DNA of 64,000 nucleotides, from assembly GCA_947588805.1 (NCBI GenBank), contig CANPYR010000006.1:7595-71594 (forward strand). The letters run 5' to 3'. Within the stretch, counting starts at the first letter, position 1. Every line of letters begins with the position of its first letter. Below the pieces are notes generated by a model. The model worked only from the letters and a program-made list of their open reading frames with translations, had not been told where the DNA came from and made no database searches. A program made the translations under genes and the position numbers. Of the stretch, positions 56,375-64,000 are shown piece after piece. The stretch comes from an uncultured Clostridia bacterium. Lineage in GTDB: Bacteria; Bacillota; Clostridia; Oscillospirales; Ruminococcaceae.

Positions 56375-58012
56375 ATGGTCATTACAGAGCTACTTGAAAG
56401 AAACGCCCGGCTTTACGGCGACGAGCAGGCGCTTGTCGAGCTCAGCCCGTCCGAGGAAAGGGACCGCGTCGTTACTTGGCGCGAAGCAAGCCTTATCGAA
56501 AGCGCGCGCCCGCATTCCCCATACCGCAGGGCTCTAAGCTGGCGTGACTTCGACAGAAGGGCGAACAGAGTCGCGAACCTCCTTCTGAGCCGAAACATCG
56601 AAAGAGGGGCGAAGGTCGGGATTTTAATGATGAACTGCCTTGAATGGCTCCCGGTCTATTTCGGGATCCTAAAGGCCGGCTGCATCGCCGTACCGCTCAA
56701 CTTCCGCTATTCAAGCGACGAGATCAAATACTGTCTTGAGCTTGCGGACGTTGAGGTTCTGGTCTTCGGGCCGGAGTTTATAAGCAGAATGGATTCTATC
56801 GCGGACAAGCTTCCCGGCGTGAGGATGATGTTTTTCGTCGGCGGAGAGAAGCCGGATTATACCGAGGACCTTGTCAGGCTGATGGGATTTTGCTCGTCGA
56901 GCGCGCCGCCTGTGGCGCTTAGCGAGGAGGATCACGCCGCGATATACTTCTCTTCCGGCACTACCGGCTTTCCGAAGGCTATTTTACATAATCACCGCGC
57001 TCTGTATGCCTCCTGCGAGACGGAGCAGGCGCACCACGGACAGACGAGAGAGGACGTATTTTTATGCATCCCGCCGCTCTATCATACCGGGGCGAAGATG
57101 CACTGGTTCGGGAGCCTTATTTCCGCAAGCAAGGCGGTGCTCTTAAGAGGAGTTAAGCCGGAGTGGATACTTCGGGCGATAACCGAAGAAAAATGCACGA
57201 TAGTATGGCTTTTAGTGCCGTGGGCTCAGGATATGCTCGACGCTATAGAGTCGGGAAAAGTCAAGACAGATAACTATCTTTTGGATCAGTGGAGACTTAT
57301 GCATATCGGCGCGCAGCCCGTGCCGCCGAGCCTTATAAGGCGCTGGAAGCAGGTGTTCCCGCACCACGACTACGATACTAACTACGGCTTAAGCGAATCT
57401 CTCGGTCCGGGATGCGTACACCTCGGAATTGAAAACAGCCACAAGGTCGGAGCCATAGGAAAAGCGGGATATCACTGGGAAGCCAAGGTCGTGAATGAAA
57501 ACGGCGGCGAGGTGAGCGGAGACGAGGTCGGAGAGCTTATCGTAAAGGGTCCCGGCGTCATGATCTGCTACTACAAGAACAAGGAAGCCACCGACGAGAT
57601 ACTTAAAGACGGCTGGCTTTATACCGGAGACATGGCGAAGGTCGATAGCGACGGTTTCATATATCTTGTAGACAGAAAGAAGGACGTTGTAATCTCCGGC
57701 GGCGAGAATATCTATCCCGTACAGATAGAGGATTATTTAAGGCAGTACGATAAGATAAAAGACGTCGCGGTCATAGGAATGCCCGACGCGAGACTCGGAG
57801 AAATTGCCGCCGCTATCATCTCGGTCAAGGAAGGAGCGGAATGCTCGGAGGACGAGATAAACAAATTCTGCGAAGGGCTTCCGAGATATAAAAGACCGAG
57901 AAAGATAATCTTTGCGGACGTTCCGAGGAATCCGACCGGAAAGATAGAAAAACCTGCGCTCAGAGAAAAATACTGCGGAGGAAGGCTCGTAGAGGAGCAA
58001 ATACTTTCGTGA
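56375..58012 (+). CDS. AMP-forming acyl-CoA synthetase / fatty-acid-CoA ligase family
   Basis: AMP-binding motif YFSSGTTGFPKAI, YTGDMA, DRKKDVVISGGENIYP. ATG 56375 preferred over GTG 56366. Confidence 0.9.
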   Translation: MVITELLERNARLYGDEQALVELSPSEERDRVVTWREASLIESARPHSPYRRALSWRDFDRRANRVANLLLSRNIERGAKVGILMMNCLEWLPVYFGILKAGCIAVPLNFRYSSDEIKYCLELADVEVLVFGPEFISRMDSIADKLPGVRMMFFVGGEKPDYTEDLVRLMGFCSSSAPPVALSEEDHAAIYFSSGTTGFPKAILHNHRALYASCETEQAHHGQTREDVFLCIPPLYHTGAKMHWFGSLISASKAVLLRGVKPEWILRAITEEKCTIVWLLVPWAQDMLDAIESGKVKTDNYLLDQWRLMHIGAQPVPPSLIRRWKQVFPHHDYDTNYGLSESLGPGCVHLGIENSHKVGAIGKAGYHWEAKVVNENGGEVSGDEVGELIVKGPGVMICYYKNKEATDEILKDGWLYTGDMAKVDSDGFIYLVDRKKDVVISGGENIYPVQIEDYLRQYDKIKDVAVIGMPDARLGEIAAAIISVKEGAECSEDEINKFCEGLPRYKRPRKIIFADVPRNPTGKIEKPALREKYCGGRLVEEQILS

Positions 58013-58090
58013 TAATATTATTTCGGACGCAGGACGGCATTTATTATATATAACTAAAATCAAGTTTGACTTTTGACAGGAGAGAATTTT

Positions 58091-59656
58091 ATGGATCTAT
58101 TTATTAAACTCGCCATGCTGATAATATTCTTCGGCGTGATGGTAGCTATCGGGCTTTACTGCCGAAAGCATGCGACGGACGTAAACGGTTTCGTGCTCGG
58201 CGGCAGAAACGTAGGCCCCTGGCTCACGGCTTTTGCATACGGCACCAGCTATTTCTCGGCGGTTGTGTTTGTGGGATACGCCGGGCAGTTCGGATGGAAG
58301 TACGGCGTGGCGGCGACCTGGGCGGGACTCGGAAACGCCTTTATCGGCTCGCTTATGGCCTGGGCGATACTCGGAAGAAGAACAAGGGTAATGACTCAGC
58401 ATCTTGACAGCGCGACCATGCCGGAATTCTTCGGGAAGCGCTTTGACAGCTCCGCTCTTAAGCTCTGCGCTTCGGCGATTATCTTCATCTTCCTGATCCC
58501 CTACACCGCTTCGCTTTATAACGGTCTTAGCAGACTTTTCGCGATGGCGTTTGATATCGATTACGCGGTCTGCGTAATAGTTATGGCGGTGCTGACCGGA
58601 ATATATGTGATCGCCGGAGGATATATGGCGACCGCGATAAACGACTTTATACAGGGTATAATCATGATCTTCGGGATCGTGGCGGTAATAGCGGCGGTTC
58701 TTAACAGCCAGGGCGGCTTCCTGATGGCGCTTGAAAAGATGGCGAACGTGAGCGATCCCGCGGTATCGAGCGCTCCGGGAGTATTCAATTCCTTCTTCGG
58801 CCCCGACCCGATAAACCTTCTCGGAGTCGTTATCTTAACCTCCCTCGGGACCTGGGGTCTGCCGCAGATGGTGCAGAAATTCTACGCGATCAAGAGCGAG
58901 TCCGCTATAAACAAGGGTATGATAATCTCGACCGTTTTCGCTCTTATAGTGGCGGGAGGATGCTACTTCCTGGGCGGTTTCGGAAGACTTTTCTCCGACA
59001 AGATGGAGATCGTGAACGGTATCCCTAACGGAAGCTACGATTCGGTCATCCCGACTATGCTTTCGGGACTTCCGACTCTTCTGATAGCGGTGGTTGTGAT
59101 CCTTGTGCTCTCGGCTTCTATGTCTACGCTTTCCTCTCTGGTCCTGACTTCAAGCTCCACTCTGACTCTTGATTTCATCAAGGGAACGATAGTTAAGAAC
59201 ATGGACGAAAAGAAGCAGGTAAGAGTGATAAGAACTCTTGTGGCGGTATTTATCGCCATCTCCGCAGTGCTGGCTATCATCCAGTACCGCTCGAGCGTCA
59301 CCTTTATAGCTCAGCTCATGGGCGTAAGCTGGGGCGCGCTTGCGGGAGCTTTCCTGGCTCCGTTTATGTACGGGCTTTACTGGAAGCGCACCTCCAAAGC
59401 CGCTTGCTGGGTAAGCTTCGTATTTTCCACCGTGTTCATGCTTCTTGTTATCTCGCCGCTTAAAACTTTCCTCCCGGCGCTCTTGCAGTCCCCGATAAAC
59501 GCGGGCGCGTTCTGCATGATAATGGGGCTTATAATCGTGCCGATTATAAGTATGTTCACTTCCGCGCCGAAAAAAGAACGGCTTGACGAGATATTCGCCT
59601 GCTACGACAAGACAGTAACCGTAAAGGTAAAGGATTCCATAGGCGAAGAAGCGTAA
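58091..59656 (+). CDS. Sodium:solute symporter (SSS) family transporter
   Basis: ATG 58091 after AGGAGAG. About 13 TM segments. Family-like GGYMATAINDFIQG segment. Confidence 0.88.
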   Translation: MDLFIKLAMLIIFFGVMVAIGLYCRKHATDVNGFVLGGRNVGPWLTAFAYGTSYFSAVVFVGYAGQFGWKYGVAATWAGLGNAFIGSLMAWAILGRRTRVMTQHLDSATMPEFFGKRFDSSALKLCASAIIFIFLIPYTASLYNGLSRLFAMAFDIDYAVCVIVMAVLTGIYVIAGGYMATAINDFIQGIIMIFGIVAVIAAVLNSQGGFLMALEKMANVSDPAVSSAPGVFNSFFGPDPINLLGVVILTSLGTWGLPQMVQKFYAIKSESAINKGMIISTVFALIVAGGCYFLGGFGRLFSDKMEIVNGIPNGSYDSVIPTMLSGLPTLLIAVVVILVLSASMSTLSSLVLTSSSTLTLDFIKGTIVKNMDEKKQVRVIRTLVAVFIAISAVLAIIQYRSSVTFIAQLMGVSWGALAGAFLAPFMYGLYWKRTSKAACWVSFVFSTVFMLLVISPLKTFLPALLQSPINAGAFCMIMGLIIVPIISMFTSAPKKERLDEIFACYDKTVTVKVKDSIGEEA

Positions 59657-59690
59657 TACAAATAATAAAATATAATAAATATTATAAATT

Positions 59691-59727
59691 AAATCCGGCT
59701 CTTCCTAAAAGAAAGCCGGATTTTTTG
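59691..59727. terminator. Bidirectional intrinsic terminator between convergent genes
   Basis: Stem aaatccggct/agccggattt followed by T-runs on both strands. Confidence 0.8.
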
Positions 59728-59752
59728 CATATCGAACCCCGTTTAGTCGGGA

Positions 59753-60721
59753 TCAGTAAAGCGCGGGAAGCTCGGACTTTGTGACAGCGCAGGGGCTGTT
59801 ATAGAGACTTCTGAGATATTCGTACGTGTTCACATTCTCCCCTAAAACGAAGCCGTGAGACCATGTCATATAATACGACCAGCCTATTTTTCTTCGGGAT
59901 ATCTCCTCTACGTCGGGAAGAGTCCCTATCTCTCCTATCGCCGCGATCTTGTTACGGGACGTGATCTTTATAAGCTCGCGGTATTTATCCTCCTGCGCGG
60001 TGTGGCAGTGCGGTTCGGGATACATATCGCGGGAAATTATATCCGTAACGTCGTCCCCGGGATAGCAGGAAGCGAGCGGAGAATTCGCGACCCAGATGAG
60101 ATTATTGAGCTTATGTATCTCGGTGTAGCGCTTATACATCATCCTGAAGAGCTTTTTTACCGTCTCGGGGCCCTTAGCTCCCCACCAGAACCAGCTGCCC
60201 TCGGCTTCGTGAAAGGGTCTCCAGAGTATCGGGATCCCTTTATCGCAAAACGGTCTTAGGAGCCCTGCCATACAGTCCATGTCGGAAATAAGCGCGATAT
60301 TTTCGGGCGTGCCGTCTACAGTCGCTTTTTCGGCGTCAAAGTCGGTGTTTTTGGTAAAGAATGACTTCGAGCGCCCGCCGAGCGGCGAGAACCAATGCCA
60401 TGTGAAGGTTATAAGCCCCTTTTCGTTCGCCCACTCCCACGCGCGCTTTAAAGTGCCGTAATTGCGCTCGACTTCGTCAATGCATTCCGCGTCGGTATCA
60501 AGATAATTTATGTTCGGGGAATATGACAAAAGCTCAAACCCCAAAAGCGCGGGCTTTTTCCCGGTTATCTCTTCAATTTTAAAAAGCTCCTCCTGCGCCA
60601 TGGTCTGCGTATGCTGACCGGTTACTATCTTTTCGCCTGAGATATCTGACAGAAATCTGAGCACGTTCTTTACGCCCTCCTGAGCGTTCGGATTGACCGG
60701 AGTATACAGCTTCTCGCTCAT
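59753..60721 (-). CDS. GH26-family glycoside hydrolase (beta-mannanase-like), no signal peptide
   Basis: 322 aa. WRPFHEAEGSWFWWG catalytic-region motif. Confidence 0.85.
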   Translation of the reverse strand: MSEKLYTPVNPNAQEGVKNVLRFLSDISGEKIVTGQHTQTMAQEELFKIEEITGKKPALLGFELLSYSPNINYLDTDAECIDEVERNYGTLKRAWEWANEKGLITFTWHWFSPLGGRSKSFFTKNTDFDAEKATVDGTPENIALISDMDCMAGLLRPFCDKGIPILWRPFHEAEGSWFWWGAKGPETVKKLFRMMYKRYTEIHKLNNLIWVANSPLASCYPGDDVTDIISRDMYPEPHCHTAQEDKYRELIKITSRNKIAAIGEIGTLPDVEEISRRKIGWSYYMTWSHGFVLGENVNTYEYLRSLYNSPCAVTKSELPALY

Positions 60722-60905
60722 GCTTTTTGCTCCTTTCGCAGTTTCTGCTCTAAGTATATCACCGTGAGTAAAGAAATTAAATTGTGATTTTAAACAAAGT
60801 TATAGAATGAGATTTGGAGGATTAGACGGAGTCTGACCGCTTGTGCGCGAAAAACGACCGATTGTGTAATCGTGGGTTGAAATTAGAGCGGAACGGGGGT
60901 AGGCT

Positions 60906-61026
60906 TTTAGATGTTAGAGGGTTAGATGGTTAGAAGATTAGAAGATTAGAAGATAGAATTCGGAGAGCGGCGGCGGGATGAGCTGCGCTGTCAGAGGACG
61001 GAATTGAGAAATCAGAAGTCAGAATA
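60906..61026. repeat. Mosaic element: TTAGAWG array, GCGGCGGCGGGATGAGC core, TCAGARG array (same orientation)
   Basis: tttagatgttagagggttagatggttagaagattagaagattagaagatagaa ... tcagaggacggaattgagaaatcagaagtcagaatac. Confidence 0.9.
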
Positions 61027-61070
61027 CAGCCCACGTTCACGCCGGATTCCGGCCGTCTGCGCCCGAAATA

Positions 61071-61099
61071 TTGACTTTAAATTGCCGGCATGATATACT
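61071..61099 (+). promoter_or_regulatory. Promoter TTGACT-N17-TATACT
   Basis: Direct reading. Upstream of the permease pair. Confidence 0.6.
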
Positions 61100-61211
61100 T
61101 AATTATATACCAAACAGGAGGTAAAAGAAGATAGAAGCCCTCGCAAAGGAAGCTGCCGCTGAGGCTGCGAAGAGGATCAAAGAGTAAAGAAAAAAAGAAA
61201 AGGAGAGAATA

Positions 61212-62048
61212 ATGAAACGCTTCAGGTTGAAAATCGCGCTTTTAAGCCTTCCCGCCGCAGTCGGATTTTTGATTTTTTATATCGTCCCGTTTTTCCGAAG
61301 TATCGGCTATTCCTTCATAGAAAGTGTTGCAAATAAGGATTTTGCGGGCCTTTCTAACTATAAGTCGGTGCTTAGAAACGAATTTTTCCGGCTCGCTTTA
61401 AAAAACACTTTGATCTTTTCTATCGTCGGCGTTTTCGCCATCATGCTTTTGGCTCTCGGGCTTTCCGTCGCGTTGGTCAAGCTTTCCAAGAGATTTTCGT
61501 TTATAAAAAGCTTCTTTGTCATGCCGTACGTCCTGCCTTCGGCGAGCATAATCTTTTTCTGGCAGACGTTTTTCGATACCGGAGCGTATGCCGCGCTCAG
61601 CGAAATTAACGGCTTAGGCGGCTTCTTTGACGTTCTGCCGCTTTATGTCGTCTATCTTTGGAAAAACGTCGGGATAAATATAATCCTGATTACCTCCGCG
61701 CTTACAAAGATCGCGCCGGAAATATATGAAGCCGCGGCGCTTGACGGCGCTCACGGGCTTAAGCTTCACGCAAAGATCACGCTCCCTCTCATCTCCCCGA
61801 GCCTGTTTTTCGTAGGCGTTTTAAGCTTTGTGAATTCGCTTAAGATCTTTAAGGAAAGCTATCTTTTCTACGCTTCAAACTACCCTCCCGACGCGGCGTA
61901 CATGATCCAAAACTATATGAACAACCACTTCTACAAGCTTAATTACCAGACGCTTTCGACTGCGGTCGTTATTTTCACGCTCGTTATGGCCGCTGTGATC
62001 TTCGCCTGGTATAAGCTGGAAAATAAGCTTTCGGAGGGGACGTACTGA
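61212..62048 (+). CDS. Sugar ABC transporter permease (CUT1, MalF/UgpA-like)
   Basis: 278 aa, 6 TM segments. EAA loop EAAALDGAHGLKLHAKITLPL. Confidence 0.9.
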   Translation: MKRFRLKIALLSLPAAVGFLIFYIVPFFRSIGYSFIESVANKDFAGLSNYKSVLRNEFFRLALKNTLIFSIVGVFAIMLLALGLSVALVKLSKRFSFIKSFFVMPYVLPSASIIFFWQTFFDTGAYAALSEINGLGGFFDVLPLYVVYLWKNVGINIILITSALTKIAPEIYEAAALDGAHGLKLHAKITLPLISPSLFFVGVLSFVNSLKIFKESYLFYASNYPPDAAYMIQNYMNNHFYKLNYQTLSTAVVIFTLVMAAVIFAWYKLENKLSEGTY

Positions 62049-62818
62049 TGAAAAAGGCGAGAAAGATTTTGACGCTAAGACTCGTGATTTTGGGATTTTT
62101 CGCGGTAATTTTCGCGATTCCCGTGATCACGACGGCGATAAAATCGCTCTCCTTCGAGGGCAAAATCGGTCTTAAGCAGTACTGGGAACTGTTTGTGACA
62201 AATTTCACCTACTCCGACTTCTTCCGGAACTCGGTATTCTATGCCGCGGCGATAACCGTTATAAGCGTCGTCATCTCCCTCCCGCTCGGCTTTTTATTCG
62301 CAAAGATCAGATTCAAGGGCCGCGACAGCCTGTTCTTCGTCTTTATCTTGGTAATGCTCCTGCCGTTTCAGGCGACTCTTCTTCCGAACTACATCCGGCT
62401 TCGCGACTTTAAACTTCTGAACACTCCGCTCGCGCTCACCCTGCCGATGATATTTTCGCCGTTCGCGGTATTTCTGCTCCGGCAGTTTATGAAATCCATC
62501 CCAGACGACCTGATAGACTTCACGCTCTTAGAAACGTCGTCTGTATTTAAAACCTTCCGTTATGCGATCCTCCCGCAGATAAAATCCGCGCTCGTATCGT
62601 TATCCATCTTAATTTTCTGCGAGAGCTGGAACATGGTGGATCAGGCGTTGATCTTCTCGATGGAAAACGATAAGATCCTGCCGCTCTCGGTCATGCTGAG
62701 CGAGCTTCCCGAGAACGTCCGCTACGCCGGAGGGACGGTGTATATGTTCCCGATAATAATGCTTTTCGTGATGTTTCGCGAGACGCTTGAGGAGTCGATG
62801 GAGGCGTACAAATTATGA
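62048..62818 (+). CDS. Sugar ABC transporter permease (CUT1, MalG/UgpE-like)
   Basis: 256 aa. ATGA-coupled to the upstream gene. Confidence 0.9.
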   Translation: MKKARKILTLRLVILGFFAVIFAIPVITTAIKSLSFEGKIGLKQYWELFVTNFTYSDFFRNSVFYAAAITVISVVISLPLGFLFAKIRFKGRDSLFFVFILVMLLPFQATLLPNYIRLRDFKLLNTPLALTLPMIFSPFAVFLLRQFMKSIPDDLIDFTLLETSSVFKTFRYAILPQIKSALVSLSILIFCESWNMVDQALIFSMENDKILPLSVMLSELPENVRYAGGTVYMFPIIMLFVMFRETLEESMEAYKL

Positions 62819-63198
62819 AAAAAGCGGTAACGGTTCTAAGCATAATTTTCAGCGCGGTCATAGTATTTTTCAGCATATTCGGCGAAAGACTGTATTATTC
62901 TACCAAACCGAAGGTAGAATTAGAGCGTCCGCTGCGGATTGACGGAGCGCTTTTGGCGCCGGAGTCGGCGGTTTTTCACGACGCGGGCGGCAGCTGCATA
63001 GTCTGCGTAGAGAGCGAGCAAGGGTTTTCGGTCGAGATCCTTACAACGCGTAAAATAAGGCTTGCGTGGGTGAGACCGGACTCAACGGGGTACTATGAGG
63101 GGTATGTTTTAGTGCAGCCGCAGACCGACCCGACCGGGCCGATAGTAATAAATTCGACCCGCCCGCTCCGCGGCGGGCAGAGAGTCGTGGAGGGGTGA
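62815..63198 (+). CDS. Small membrane-anchored hypothetical protein coupled to the permease genes
   Basis: 127 aa. One N-terminal TM helix. 4-nt overlap with the upstream gene. Confidence 0.5.
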   Translation: MKKAVTVLSIIFSAVIVFFSIFGERLYYSTKPKVELERPLRIDGALLAPESAVFHDAGGSCIVCVESEQGFSVEILTTRKIRLAWVRPDSTGYYEGYVLVQPQTDPTGPIVINSTRPLRGGQRVVEG

Positions 63199-63414
63199 GG
63201 GGGTGTGGAAACAAAAATCCTCGCCCCGGCAAGCGCCAAGGCGGGAGAAAATCAGAATATTCCCCAATTGGGGATATATGAAGCTATAAGCACTGTTACA
63301 TAATATACCTCATACGGTTGATTTGCATCGATGGTTACATCTGCTATTCTATAAATTGAATATCCTTCAAATGCTGATGAGTTATCAAAACTTTCGGTGT
63401 AAAGCATACTTTCA

Positions 63415-63798
63415 TCAACATTCCATTCCGGCGTTTTTAACAGTAAGCTTTGTAAGATCGATTCCGTCGCCGTTTTTAATCATTATTCCGCAGAATACGA
63501 TATTTCCGCCTTGGAGTACTTCTCCATATTTAGTTTCGCCATTGTCAATTCCCGAACCCTTTCTAATCAAATTTCCCCAATTTACCTCTCTAAGAGCAAA
63601 TGCCCCGATGGAGTCAGGATTATAAACGATATCCGGAGAATGAGGTTGGCTGACTTTATGCTGATGGTGCGCAAAGGCATCGTTATATTCGGAAGTTCCT
63701 TCTCGAATTGTAAGGCTACTTTCGCATGCACTGTAAATTATTTTGCTTCCATATAGTATTTCAAGGTTGAGGTCGGTAAATTCAGTAACTCCAAACAT
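63415..63798 (-). CDS. Hypothetical protein in a low-GC segment (possibly frameshifted with a 51-codon ORF at 63252..63407)
   Basis: I take the internal ATG at 63798 of track ORF 63415..63933. The part upstream of it overlaps the transposase fragment out of frame. No clear RBS and no recognisable motif. Confidence 0.3.
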   Translation of the reverse strand: MFGVTEFTDLNLEILYGSKIIYSACESSLTIREGTSEYNDAFAHHQHKVSQPHSPDIVYNPDSIGAFALREVNWGNLIRKGSGIDNGETKYGEVLQGGNIVFCGIMIKNGDGIDLTKLTVKNAGMEC

Positions 63799-63805
63799 AT
63801 TGACA

Positions 63806-64000
63806 TCAATAATGATAAGAGAATACATTTGACATAATGTTGCGGTAAAAATGCACCGTGCAACGCTGGTATTTTGCATCCGGAAAGACTTCGTGAACCG
63901 ATTCGCACATTCCGAGGTTCTTATCTCCGACAACCAATTTAACGCCGTCGAGTCCTCGCGATTTGAGCCATACCAAGAAACTCTGCCAACTTTCCTTATC
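63806..64000 (-). pseudogene. IS256-family (Mutator-type) transposase fragment, truncated at its C-terminal side
   Basis: Hand translation of the minus strand: DKESWQSFLVWLKSRGLDGVKLVVGDKNLGMCESVHEVFPDAKYQRCTVHFYRNIMSNV then FSYHY-stop. The W..FL..LK.RGL.GV.L...D...G......VFP.A..QRC.VHF.RN pattern is the IS256 transposase core. About 150 expected downstream residues are missing. Confidence 0.75.

Noticed and set aside
61131-61187. 19-codon open frame (…IEALAKEAAAEAAKRIKE) after a strong AGGAGG
   Set aside because: It has no ATG, GTG or TTG start. It would need an ATA start, so it is kept only as a note in the permease-operon finding.
63415-63933. Full 172-aa ORF as listed in the track
   Set aside because: Its first 45 codons overlap the IS256 transposase fragment out of frame. 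Only the part from ATG 63798 is plausibly independent, and even that has low confidence.

Overview
This 64-kb window looks like chromosomal DNA from a spore-forming Firmicutes/Clostridia-type organism. The taxonomic call is an inference from spoIIP, Gram-positive AGGAGG ribosome-binding sites, TTGACA-N17-TATAAT promoters and Clostridial-style glycoside hydrolases.

I support about 48 protein-coding genes:
- A BceRS-BceAB-type peptide-antibiotic sensing and detoxification module at the left edge.
- Scattered glycan-degradation genes: type I pullulanase, GH3, GH127, GH26 and two SGNH esterases.
- Cell-wall and sporulation enzymes: two PBP5-like proteins, a VanY-SH3 peptidase and SpoIIP.
- Redox and housekeeping genes: bcp, trxA, an FTR-like mini-protein, apgM, dtd, gdhA and flavodoxins.
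- Four separate ABC exporter modules.
- An ECF sigma factor, followed by a LytTR regulator with a kinase that lacks transmembrane segments.
- A truncated IS256-family transposase at the right edge.

I found no rRNA, tRNA or CRISPR array.

The most unusual signals are non-coding:
- A family of degenerate 7-nt tandem arrays (TTAGARG / TCAGARG / GTTAGTA and their complements, core CT[AG]AC) occupies most intergenic regions. The arrays often butt against stop codons on one side and near-consensus promoters on the other.
- GC-rich modules are shared between these short mosaic elements and a pair of ~520-bp inverted repeats that bracket a 3.2-kb four-gene cassette.
- A gene-free 1-kb region is built from nested repeats.

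The protein-level curiosities are:
- A heterodimeric ABC exporter whose two subunits both carry zinc-ribbon N-terminal domains. The pair has an embedded small protein and an upstream leader-peptide plus terminator arrangement that resembles bmrBCD attenuation.
- A 914-aa protein with a prepilin N-terminus.
- A PBP5 homologue with all three catalytic motifs degenerate.
- A LytTR system with a soluble kinase, linked to two ABC exporters.

All calls rest on reading the sequence and recalling family motifs. No database search was run.
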